From a virus (taxonomy: Duplodnaviria; Caudoviricetes): a stretch of DNA of 64,000 nt. A program made the translations under genes and the position numbers. Numbering within the stretch: the stretch's first letter is position 1; every line of letters begins with the position of its first letter. This document shows, piece by piece, positions 51,646 to 63,575 of this stretch. Location: positions 95,838-159,837 of IMG/VR virus record IMGVR_UViG_2706796753_000001; one strand, 5' to 3'. The notes beneath the pieces are model-generated. The model did no database searches. It was given only the letters and a program-made list of their open reading frames with translations, and had not been told where the DNA came from.

Positions 51646-52429
51646 ATAATCATAAGGAGGAGATAATATGGAAGAAAAAGTAACGTATGAAGATGCCTGT
51701 GAGTTTATTGCTAAATACTTAAAAGAGGCTAAGGGTATTGATATGAGCCCAAAACACATTTTCAACCTATCGTCTTTTACAGGTGACCCGTTTCATGTAA
51801 ACATACTATACAGTATCGCTGTCAAGTACTATGAAAACAAGAAAGCTCTAGAGGATGAGCGGTCTGCTAGAGAGTGGGATGAAGCTATCTGGGGTATACC
51901 TTTCTATGGTTAAACAGGACAAGCAGCTACTAAATTGGTACATAATGTGTTTAACAAGCCTCAATCAAGGAGATACTCTAGTCATACCTGATAAGTATTA
52001 CTCAAATCTTTTGTGCATTCTTCATGAAATGCAACTAGATAGAAGATTAATAAGTGTAGGGTTTGTGAATGATAGTGAAGTTAAGGTAGTTCTGAAATGA
52101 GAGAGCTATTATACCTTGTGTGGTTTACCTTTACATGGTGTGCGGTATGTGTATGTGGTTTTGATGCTACCGCTAAAGAGCCTAGAATTGATGATTGGTT
52201 TAGAATACTAACGATTATCAACTTCATAATTATTGTATACTTTGCGAAAAGGGAGGATAGTAAGAATGGTTATTGAGTTCAATGGTGAGAATCATTTTGT
52301 AAAAGATATTTGGGATTTTATTGAGCTATTACCTAAAGAAATCCAAAACGATGTTACAGATTTAGTAGATGACGAGATTGATAAGAATGTAGCGCCTATA
52401 TGGGAGATGCTATAGAAGGAGGAATAGTT

Positions 52430-52732
52430 GTGGCTGGTAGAGATGAGATTAAGAACTTGACTTGGCAAGAAGCGAAAGAGTACATGAGACGAGGTAAAAT
52501 CGTTAGACATGACTCGTGGAGTGGATATCAGAATTTATGGATTATGACAGGTTCTGAGATTGCTAAACAGTTCTCTTGGGGATTTGGAGAGATGGTAGGA
52601 GAGCCTTACATTCAAGATACTTACGTGTATCAAGACAAAAAGAATAGAATACATTTTGGAAAGAAACCGCCTAAAAGTCTAAGAAAAGATAATGACTGGA
52701 TTGTGTGTGGTACTTGGACAGATAAACGATAG
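52430..52732 (+). CDS. DUF2829/Tad2-like protein
   Basis: T(W/F)QEA...M..G..VR..SW, GFGE..GEP, C-terminal P.......DW; GTG start after AAGGAGG. Confidence 0.6.
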   Translation: MAGRDEIKNLTWQEAKEYMRRGKIVRHDSWSGYQNLWIMTGSEIAKQFSWGFGEMVGEPYIQDTYVYQDKKNRIHFGKKPPKSLRKDNDWIVCGTWTDKR

Positions 52733-53399
52733 GAGAGATATAATATGGCATTTAGCTGGGATAAAGAAGAAGTAATTGAAGAAGGTATTATTGATGATAA
52801 GAGTAAGTTCACGGTGCTGCTGTGTACGAAAGGTAAGAACGAATTTGTTCAGTATATCCCTGAGAACATGACAAAAGAAGGATGGAAGAAAGGTACGTAT
52901 CGTACAGTTCGATTGGACGAGCTGCAACGTATTAACACAGCTTTACTAAACAAAGGAGGAAATGAATAATGGAAGTTATCACAAGAGGTTCTGAGACTGT
53001 AGAGGAAAAGCAGTCGTTAGTGGTTATTGGTACGAAGAACACTTATATGGTTGTAAGAGAGAATCATGGGTGTCCAAGACCGTTCCGAGCTCTAGTAATA
53101 CCTAGCGCACGAGGGGAAAACCCATTTATATGTAAAACATCTAACGCGGATTTACAGATTGTTCTTGAGTATATTAAAACTACCTTTAACGAGAAAGAGT
53201 TACGACTAGTAGATACAGCAGATTTCTCGCTAGTAGAACGAGGCGCATTATTTAAGTAGGATGTATCTTATAAAAGTTGTTGACTTTTAGTAAAATGATA
53301 GTATAATAGATTTAAATACATAGTAGCTCCTTGCACTACTGACTCGACTCTGGTGCTGGGAGTTAGCACTAAAAAACTAAATTGATAGGAGAGATTGAT

Positions 53400-53639
53400 A
53401 TGAAACAATGTACAAAGTGTAGAGGACGTCACTCTAATTATGGAGGGTTATGTACACGCTGCAAGAACAATAAGTCATCAAGTTATGGCTCTAGTAAGAA
53501 TAGTTACGGTTCTAGTAATAATAGCTATGGAAGTATGAATAATTATGATTACGCTCACGATACAAACACATGTTACAACGATGACTACTCGCCTAGTTAT
53601 GGTGGAGATTCATACGACAACACAACATACTGCGATTAA
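53400..53639 (+). CDS. Zn-finger plus S/N/Y/G low-complexity protein
   Basis: CTKC..CTRC then (SYGSSxN)x3; promoter TTGACT(53280)..TATAAT. Confidence 0.7.
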   Translation: MKQCTKCRGRHSNYGGLCTRCKNNKSSSYGSSKNSYGSSNNSYGSMNNYDYAHDTNTCYNDDYSPSYGGDSYDNTTYCD

Positions 53640-53663
53640 TTAAATAACTGGAGGTAAAAGAAC

Positions 53664-54465
53664 ATGGATAAAACACAAGTAACAGATAAGGTATTTCAAT
53701 ACATAGATGAGTTCGCTAAGACGTTAGGAGTAACGGCTGATAGAGTATTCGAATCAGTAGTAAAGCAAATGTACGTAGACGCTGCAATCAGTGGGTTAGA
53801 GTTTATTGTATTCGGTATCGCATTATTTGTGGTAGTTAGGTTTATGATTAATTATAATAAAAAGTTTAACGAGAGAAAAGAAAAAGTTATGGAAACTAGC
53901 GGATATTGGTCTGATTCAAATGATGACCAACGACTCAAGATTAACCTAGCGTATACGGTCTCTATTATCTTACTCGGTTTCGTTGTACTATGGAATGCTG
54001 AGATGGGTATCAGTAAGGCGGTAAACCCTGAGTACTATGCTACAAAAGAAATCGTTAAACAAATCCAAGGTAAGTGATGCTTAGTAGCTCCCTACAAAAG
54101 GAGGAATCGAGATGGGTACAGAACAGTGGTTACAAATAATTACAGCACTTCTCGCTTTGATTGTGCTTATCCTTCTACTTAAAGTAGCTAACACAAACCA
54201 TGAGATTAAAAAGCAAAAGCAAAGAAGCGAAAAAGATAGAGAAAACCTTAGGAGGATTAGAGAAGAAACAAACCAGTACTTAAAGGAACAAGGATACAAA
54301 CCTAAGGTTAAGATTGTTGTAGCAGCAGATTCATACAATTCTAGTGGAACAACTACTGGTAGGTTTAGTAGCTCCTCACGAAATACGAGTCGAGCGGCTG
54401 CTAACTCTAGTAACGACGAGTACTACAGACACCTTAACATCATTACATCAAATATAACAGATTAA
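53664..54465 (+). other. Two membrane proteins (53664-54077, 54112-54465)
   Basis: TM segments and GGAGG RBSs. Confidence 0.7.
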
Positions 54466-54548
54466 GTAGTAGCTCCCTACAAAACGTGGGGAGTTTTTTA
54501 TTTTACTAGTAGCTCCCTGCAAACACTTAGTAGCTCGCTGCAAACACC
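54082..54548. repeat. TAGTAGCTC(C/G)CT repeat family
   Basis: Copies at 54082, 54467, 54507 and 54528 (also 53321); the first two are identical over 18 bp, the last two form a 21-bp tandem. Confidence 0.85.
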
Positions 54549-55297
54549 TTTCGACATATCGTATAATCTAGATTTGAATAGTGTTAATAGCTATAATATT
54601 CTGAAAATTTAAATAATTGCAGCTCCGTCGCTTTTCTTCTATTATATGCGCGTATAAAGGCTACTCGGTTTTCTCCTTATAATAGAAGAAACTCGATTTT
54701 ATTAAAAAGATGCGGAAATGTATAAAAAGTTGTTGTTTTACTAAAAGTATTATGGTAAGATGAAAACAGTTAAGAAAACAACAAAATAACGAAAGAGGTT
54801 ATTATAATGGAAATCAGAGCAATTAATTGGGAAGTAAACTTTAAAAGTGAAATGAGCGAACTTGAGTTATACGGGATTGAGAGTGTAATTGATACTTATT
54901 GTAACGATGAAGTGTTTAACTTCAATCATGAATCATTAGGGCTTGCTTATACATCATCCAGCGCATACGCAATGTATAGTGTTTGTAACGGAGAATTCAC
55001 TTATTATGATTGGAACACTGAAAAAGATTTAATTGTTAGTCATTTCTCAGTAACAACTGGAGGATATCTTGTCATGGTATGTCATGATGAATTTGAAAGA
55101 GAATTTATGTTCGAACTCGTGTGAGCGAGTATAAACAGCCTTTAGGCTCACAGCGTTAGGGAGGGTTTCTCCTCTCTAGGTAGGAAAATAAAAAAAATCC
55201 TAAATAATTTTAAAAAAGTACTTGTAATACTAATCGATACATGATAAGATGATTACAGGTTAAGAAAACAAAACAAATTAAGAGGAGATGTTTTAAA

Positions 55298-56182
55298 ATG
55301 ACAAAAAAATTAGAATTAGCTCAATACGATTATATCGAGGTTTTAGAGGATGAAATTGATGTATTAGAAAGATTTAATGAATACGATGGTTCAACATCTA
55401 TATGCGATGCTATCACTGAAATTGCGGACGCGGCTGTATCAATTTATCCTGCTGATTTATGGAAAAATGCTTATGAAATGAAAGAGTATATTGAGGAGGC
55501 TATGTCAAGCGGTTTATGTGAGACTCCACGCGGACAGCAACCTGACTTAGATAAAATATTTGCGGCTGGATACTATGAATATTACTCACAACTACTATAT
55601 AACAACGAAAGTGAGATGTATTATAATTACATTGCTAACATCGTTAATAAATGGATTGAAACTCTTAATTATGAACAGTTAGAAAAGTTAGATATTGATG
55701 AGCTAGACGCATGCATAGAGCATGAAAAAGGTGATATTGATAGTAATAGTTATATGGAAGAATTGGAAGATATAGCAAAACGTATTATTGCAGGGTTCAA
55801 AGGTAAGGTTAACAAGAATGATGCTTGGGAAAATCACGGGGACGCCGATGCACTCGACCAAGGCGGGATTTTCATCCGTCCCGATGAAGAACAAAGACAT
55901 TGCTATTATGTTGTAAAGGTTGATAACTTAGAGTATGTAACAAATGAAGATAAAATCCGTATTACGGATATGTATGTCGATATTTCCGATGATTGGTTTG
56001 ATTGGGCTGGCATTGAGGCTTACAGTGGTACAGAGGAAAGTGACGACGACATCGAAAAAGTGTTAGCTGTTGTTGATTATCACGGAGCAGAAAACTTTAA
56101 CCCAGACATGAAGGACTTCGAAGACAAGGCGGATGCTATCGAATATCTAGCTAACATGGGAATCGCTATAGAGGAGGCTTAA
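55298..56182 (+). CDS. Highly acidic protein with an Ocr (T7 gp0.3)-like N-terminal domain
   Basis: DAITEIADAAVSIYPADLW aligns by eye with Ocr DAIHMAADNAVPHYYADIF; SGL..T...D..KI..A..YE continues the match. Confidence 0.6.
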   Translation: MTKKLELAQYDYIEVLEDEIDVLERFNEYDGSTSICDAITEIADAAVSIYPADLWKNAYEMKEYIEEAMSSGLCETPRGQQPDLDKIFAAGYYEYYSQLLYNNESEMYYNYIANIVNKWIETLNYEQLEKLDIDELDACIEHEKGDIDSNSYMEELEDIAKRIIAGFKGKVNKNDAWENHGDADALDQGGIFIRPDEEQRHCYYVVKVDNLEYVTNEDKIRITDMYVDISDDWFDWAGIEAYSGTEESDDDIEKVLAVVDYHGAENFNPDMKDFEDKADAIEYLANMGIAIEEA

Positions 56183-57529
56183 TAATGGGAGATATAACAA
56201 ATCAAATACATCGTATTATGGATAAAATAAGTGAATGGCAGGATAACATTGAATATTTACAGGATGAGCGTGAACGCGCATATCATGAGAAAGACAGGGA
56301 ATACTATACAGAGGAAATACAGTTTTGTAAAGATAAAATAGAGGCTTTACAAGTGCAGTTATCCGAACTGGAGCAGGAAGAAACAAGACGCTTTCCTAAT
56401 AGCAGGGAGCGAGCACAACACGAGGCGGGCATGAGTGAGCGGGACTTTTTATAGTCCTTCTCCTCTTTCTTTTAAAAAGTACTTGCAATACTATTTTACA
56501 TATGGTAAGATGAGAACAGTTAAGAAAGGGAGTTATTATAAATGATAGGGAAAATGAATAACCATTATACAGAACATTTCAAAGGGTTTGTATGTGTGAA
56601 TAGTGAAGGGATTAGAAGTGTATGGGCTTCGTACAATGAGGATTTGCATGATATAGATATCCGTGTTGTACTAGGTGCGGCGCGAATTGATAATGTAGCG
56701 GCTGCCTTCTCTATAGGTGTTGAGGATATCGAGAATATTGTTGAGTGTTTACCGCAATTAATGGGGAAAGGAAAGGTGTTAGCATAATGAAATATGTTGT
56801 AAATAAATATCAAGATGATAATTACTATGTATGTGACAGAAAGGTATTTGAGGAGTTAGGTGACGCTATGATATATATCACGCTTACTATATCACATCCG
56901 CACTTTGTTTTGAAGGATATTGACACAAGTGTTAGTGTGGACGAAACGGTAACATTCTATAATATTTACGGGAGGTACACAAACTAATGGTACGCGCGTT
57001 TATTCATGGGACATCAGTTAGTTTCTTTGTTAAAAATCATGAAAAGTATTCGAAAGGTGATTCTATACACTTCAATAACAAGGTGTATAGAGTCTTACAT
57101 AAAACTAGTGTGGCTATGTTTGTGGATTGTACATCACATACACATAATAGGAAAATTAAAATTATAAAAAGTACTTGCAATACTCAATTATCTATAGTAA
57201 AATGAAAATAACTTAAAGAGAAGGAGATGTTTTACATGTATAATCCTTATTGGGTTGATGTTAAACTATTACCACTAGCAAGCAAGATGCGCCGTAACTA
57301 TAAAATTATTGAGGCGTTCAACTTCAATTCTTATGTTCACTTTGAAGTATTTAAAAATTACAGTTTGGTTATGAGCAACCATAATAATAAATTAAAATAG
57401 GGAGTGTATCAATCATGAAAGAGTTTTTTCGCGGCTCACTTAGAGTCACTGTATATGGAGCGGTATTTTATTTACTTGGATATGTATTCTCATTAATGAT
57501 TGTACACCTATAGAGGAAGGAGCGCAACA

Positions 57530-57901
57530 ATGAGAAAATCAAGGATTACGCCTTATCAGGTAACAAACAATTTGAACACGCTTATTAATGATATAAAAGA
57601 AATGTCTGGATTGAAAAAGTATGTTATTGTCGATGAGATAGCGCAATATTGCGGCTTAACATCAGAATCAATAAAAAAGATGTCGGAAAACAGAATACAA
57701 CCGTCGCTACCTGTAGCCTTCAAACTGGCTCAATACTTTGAAATAGGTATAGAAGCATTGTTTACCTTTCATGACGCTCCTGTCGAGGTGTCAGACGCGT
57801 TTAAATGCACTCAGAGTGGTTGTGACTTGGTAGCAACAGCGCGCGGGCTGTGTAGAAAGCATTATAATGAAATATATCAGAATGCACGAAAAAAAGATTA
57901 A
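57530..57901 (+). CDS. XRE/Cro-type HTH regulator with C-terminal zinc finger
   Basis: EIAQYCGLTSESI..M.ENRIQPSLPVAFKLAQYF....EALF plus C....C.....RGLC..HY. Confidence 0.85.
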   Translation: MRKSRITPYQVTNNLNTLINDIKEMSGLKKYVIVDEIAQYCGLTSESIKKMSENRIQPSLPVAFKLAQYFEIGIEALFTFHDAPVEVSDAFKCTQSGCDLVATARGLCRKHYNEIYQNARKKD

Positions 57902-60900
57902 AAAAGTACTTGTAATACTAAAATAGACATGGTAAGATGAACTTAACAAAACAAAGGGAGATGTTTTAAATGAATAAAGATAAGATTGTATTTACAAAAG
58001 GTACAGCGTTAAAATTAATTTCTGGAGAATTAGAGTTCTACATGGCGGTTGATGTCCATACAGTATCATTAGCAGAGATTCAAGAACTATTCGAAAATGA
58101 AATTGAATATGTGTCAGTAGAAATAAATCAATTGTTCAAAGATTGGGCTCAAGAGAACATGCTATCAGATTTAAGAGAAATGTCAATCCTGTTCCACAGA
58201 AAACTAGTATTAACAGCGGGAGTGAATGCATAATGAAAGATGTATACAAAGGTTTCTTATATAAAGGTGAGGCAGGTAAGACAACACAAGAGCGTACTTA
58301 TAGAAAGTTTCGTAATAGTAACAATAACGATATGTTAAAAGAACTACGAAAAGCGAAAAAAGGAGCTGTTAAGCATGCATTATAAAGACAAGTTTGTCGG
58401 TATTAAAATCAATGGTTTCTGTAATGGATATTTTGGTCGTGATGACTATGATGATAAAATTATTATCGCTAGTGGCTCAGATTGGATTGTAGCCCTTGAT
58501 GACAAAGGAAACAACTGTTTTGCATCGTTCGACGATGGGGAAGAAATGGAAGAAAAAATACTGCAATGGAGTAATGACGAAAGTTATTAAAAAGTACTTG
58601 CAATACTATAAAATACATGATAAGATGTAAATAACTTAAGAAAAGGGAGATGTTTTAAAATGGCTAAAAAAGAATGTTTTATCTGTGGTAACACTAAAGA
58701 GGAGGAGATTGTATATCAACTTCTATTCTCTGATAAGGATGGCAACGAGGGAGAATTTTATGAGTGGATGTGTGACGAAGGAAAAGGCTGTTGTTAAAAA
58801 GTATTTGCAATACTAAAAGTTATGTGATACAATGAGGTTAACTTAATAAGCGGGCTCTACTACACTAGAGCCTCTAATAAAATAAAGGGAGATGTTTTAA
58901 CATGAAATTCAAAGAATATGATATGTTGGTTGTCGGAGAAGATAAAAAGGTTTATGGTTTAGAAATTGGTCGTCGTATCGATTCAAAGGATGATATTGCT
59001 TTCGTTGTTGAACTAAACTTAATCGCTGGATGGGATTATGTCAGCCCTGATTACAACGACATTCAAGGTTATGTCCCTGCTAATCGCTTTGTTGAATATG
59101 TACAGTATGAACATTTCGTGTGGTATGCGGATAGCGAGTCATTGAAAGAAGCGTTACACGAAAATAACTATGAACAGGCTTCCAACTCCGTCTTTGATAG
59201 AATCATGAAATTGACAAATGAATGGGAAGAACTAGAGGATGAGGAGGAAGGACTATAATGAAAACATTTAAAACGATTGGCGGATTAAAAAGAAGTGTAA
59301 CAGCAGCGTTAAAACGTGCGGGAGTTAATATAAGTCATGAAACGGATTGGAGAATATATGCAGGTATTCACGTTAGTACAAATTCATGGGATGAAATCAA
59401 AGTGCGCCGTGTTGTTAATCAACATGAGGCGCAAAAGTACGAAGACAATACAAAGTTTATAAAAGGCTTTCGACATGTCGATTATTTCCGTGAAGGTGAA
59501 GAAGCGGAACTACTGGAGATATTAAAGGATTATAAAGCAGTTTCAAAGGATAGCTTATCATTTACTCGTAAAGAACGCGAAATTATTATAACATGGGATA
59601 GACAAACGGGAGAAGTTATTTAAAAAAAGTACTTGCAATACTATAAAATACATGGTAAGATGTAAATAACTTAAGAAAAGGGAGATGTTTTAAATGAAAA
59701 GAAGATATCTGAAATCAATCAAAGCAGAGGTTAAAGCTAGTAAGAAAGGATTGAAGGAGTTATACAGGATTGTGGCTGTAGCTCCGAAAGGTTTATATAA
59801 TTCTGCTCTGGGCAACTTTAGAGCTGGTCTTGATGCTCATGCTAATAAATATGGGAATAACGTATCGAAAGTTTATAACGCTGTGCATGAAGGTTTCATG
59901 TGTACATATTTCGGAAAGGTGGCGCAAAAATAATGCAAGCACAATTAATCGGATTACAAACGTTAGTGAGTTTAAAAACAGAGGAGTTAATAGAGCTAGA
60001 AAAGATGGATTCAAGTTTTTGCGGCTCAATTACTAAGATTGAGAAGATATACAAGAAGCTAGGCGAAATCAGAGGCTTAGAAGAAGCGATTGACTTGTTA
60101 AAGAAAATGGAGGTTGAATACAATGTATAAGTTCAAACAAGGAAAGTTACAACCGAACGGAGTTATCAGTGTGTATGAATGGAGTAAAGGGAGAGAGCTT
60201 GCAAGACTCCTTGGAAATGGTGATTATCTAATGTTTAGTATGCAGGTTGATGCCATGCACGAAACAAAGGATGAACAAACGATAGTTAACACGCTGGCAG
60301 TTATGCGTGATGAGCTTAAAGCAGGTGGTTACTAATGAAGGATGCTAAACATATGCAAGAGGCTAAAAAGACAATGGAGGCGGCGGAGGAGGCGTTACAT
60401 TTCGCCTATTGCGGGAACGAAATGTACATTGATGATTATATGAGAATACGTAATAAATTATGGGAAGCTCAAAACGATTTAAGGAAGGTGTTAGAAAAAT
60501 GTTAAGAAATTTTATTATTGGTACGTATAGCAGTTTTGCAAAACAAATTGTTGACAAAGTGGGTACACATGGAGCTAGAAAGTTAATTAATGCATTACAA
60601 AAAGAAATATCTGAGAGGGAAAGCAGATTCAATAAATAATTAAAAAAGTACTTGTAATACTAAAATAGGTATGGTAAGATGAACTTAACAAATAAAGGGA
60701 GGCGTTACATATGAAAACTAAAGAGGATTGGTTAACAGAAACGATTGAGAAAATTTACAGGTTTATGGATTTAGGTATGATAGAGGAGGCGATTGAGTAT
60801 TCATTGAGTCAAGCGTGTACACCTCAATATATTATAGTCGAAGCAATGGCGGTTGTACACCATGAATTATACGAGCAACAGGTGTTAGAGGAGTTATCGC

Positions 60901-63575
60901 TAGAGCGAGAGTTAAAAAATAATTAAAAAAGTACTTGTAATACTATAAAATACATGTTAAGATGTAAATAACTTAAGGAAAGGGAGATGTTGTTGATGAA
61001 TGAAGTTTTAAGTTTACATGAATTAGGTAAGAAGATTTTAGCTGCTAAGGAAAGTTATTATGATAGAAGGGAAAAAGTTAGAAATATGGTTGATTATAAG
61101 GCTCAAAAATATGCAGAGTACGCGCTGGAAGATTTCGCAGAAAGCATTATGGAAATGGAGCAACATTATATAGAGCAATGCAAACTATATAATGACTTCG
61201 ATGAGAACGACTCGGTTTTAGATTGGAAGGAATGAAAGGGCGGGCGCTCTAGTGTAGGGCGCTTGATAACTTAATAGAAGGGAGATGTTACATATGTTAA
61301 CGAAAATGCAAATTGGAAAGAAGATTTTACGATTACAAATAAAAATTATGGATGACTTAGAAGAAGACGGAGGTATCAGAGCGGAGCATTTAGGACGTAG
61401 CTGCTTAACGGTGGGACACCCAGAAAGACATATCAGAATTGAAACAAAATACAACGAGGAAACACATGACTTTGATTTCACTGTAATAGCTGTAAAGAAT
61501 GAAAAGAACGAGATTACAACAATTGTAACAGGTGAAACACATCTATACATCGCTACGGATATTATCAGAAATTATGTTGAGTTATACAATGTTGATAAAA
61601 ACTATACAGGATACTTGGAGGGCTGCTAATATGAAAACGAGAATTGATGTAAACGAAAGAACGTGTGTACATGTAGAGGGTGATTCACTTAAAATCAATC
61701 AACTAAACCCACTCGCGAAAGATGACTTTGATTATAAGGCGATTTATCTAGATAAACAAGAGTTTGAACACATAGCAGAGGAGCTCAACAGCTTTGATGT
61801 ACCAGAGGAACATATTATATACGGGAGTCAATTGAAAGATTTATCTAACGAGGAGTTAATCAAGTATCATGAGCGATTAGAACACTGGATAACAAAGGGA
61901 TGGAAACATGAAGGCTGCTATATCTTACAAGATTATGTGAAGTATGAAATGTTAGACAGAATGAAGGGAGCTAACAATAATGGCTAAAATAGAAGAAATT
62001 GAAAAAGGGCGTTACATGGTTGTACTATCACAAGCGGAACTTAATACTATATCATTACTATTAGGTGACTACGACGGAGACGACTATATCAGAGATATTG
62101 GTGCGGAATTCGAAGACTACCCACATGAACCAGATAACGAAAATAACAACTACGTAACAGGTATTGCAGGAGATGACCTATACAATGCGTTCAAGAATCA
62201 TAGAACTATCTTATAAGGCTGTGTGACGTTCCTAGACAATGACAATGTATTTGTACTCATGAAATACTAAAGGGACGTCACAGGCTCAACAGATACGTTA
62301 AAACAAATAAAAGGAGATGTGTATAATGTCGATTAAAGATAACACAAAAATAAAAGATGCAATCATGTTATTAATAGACGTGAGAACAGTATTAACAGAG
62401 GGATGGCAAAACGGAGAACTAACACATAAAGAATCTGATGAACTCAGAGATGAGGCGGGAGCAATGGCAATGAAACTAAAAGAAATACAGACAAGGGAAA
62501 TGAGACAACAAAACAAATAAAAGGAGATGTAGTATAATGAGTAATACAAAATCAATTGAAAATGTTATAGTGACACTAGAGGATAATTTATCAACGGTTG
62601 TAAGTACTAAGATATTAATTGAGTCTAGAATGGATTTAGCAAACGAAAGAAAAGACTACTATAGATTAGAGAAAGAAACAGAACTAGAGAATGCCATCAA
62701 CCGTGAAGTAAAGGCGCTATACTCTCACCTATTAACCTTAGATTTACAAACCAAACAACTACAATCTGTTATTAAACAATTGAAAGGAGCTGTATTATAA
62801 TGACATTCTTATCAAGTAAAGAAATATATAAAAGAAACTGCGGACTTATAGCGGAGGAGTTCACAAAAGGTAATGATTACATTGTAGAAGAAATCGTAAT
62901 GGACACAATAGGCTCATATAGATACAGAGTAAAGTTAAAACATATTGATACGGTTGTAAGTGTTAGTTATAATAATGAAACATATAAGTATGAGGGCTAT
63001 GTACAATGTAATCACCCAGACTTTCACCAAACGTATAATATAGAATCAGAAATAACAATGGAAGTATATAAGTTCATTCAAAGTAAAGTAGAAATGATAA
63101 CAAGCATACTCATATACTATAAAGACTAATACTTAATATATAATAAGGGGATGTATATAATGTTCAAATTACATGATAAGGTGAATATGTACGGTAATAA
63201 GAAAAGAATATGGACTATTGTAGGATTTTCAGAAAATACAGTATGTTCTACAAATAAGTTACCAATGGTTAAAGTTATATCAGATGGTTTGATAACGTGG
63301 GCAAAACAACATGAGCTAACACATATTATATAATAAGGAGCTGTGTATAATGATAAAAGAACCATATATAAGCCCGTTCACACTATATACAATAAATGAA
63401 TTACATATAACAGCACGACAACGAGCATACAATGATTATCTGCAAATGGTAAGAGGTTATTATGAGCCGCATGAAATACTTAGTTATATAGAGTTCAAAA
63501 AGAAAGCTATGAGAGAATCACAGTATTATTATAAAGACGGAACATTCTTCGACTTATAGAGAGGAGTCATATATA

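Larger units (their letters stand above)
54733..60963 (+). promoter_or_regulatory. Array of ten class 2 sigmaA-type early promoters
   Basis: AAAAGTACTTG(C/T)AATACT...TAAGAT consensus, 17-bp spacer; -35 boxes at 54733, 55222, 56483, 57175, 57910, 58598, 58805, 59633, 60652, 60935. Confidence 0.88.

Noticed and set aside
53321-53371. tRNA or tRNA remnant
   Set aside because: Too short, with no TTC T-loop, cloverleaf or CCA.
54467-54548. Repeats as a mini CRISPR array
   Set aside because: The units are at most 21 bp, two abut with no spacer, and no cas genes are present.
55214-60990. Regularly recurring repeats as CRISPR or IS ends
   Set aside because: They are promoter-RBS units separated by whole genes; no transposase or integrase is present.
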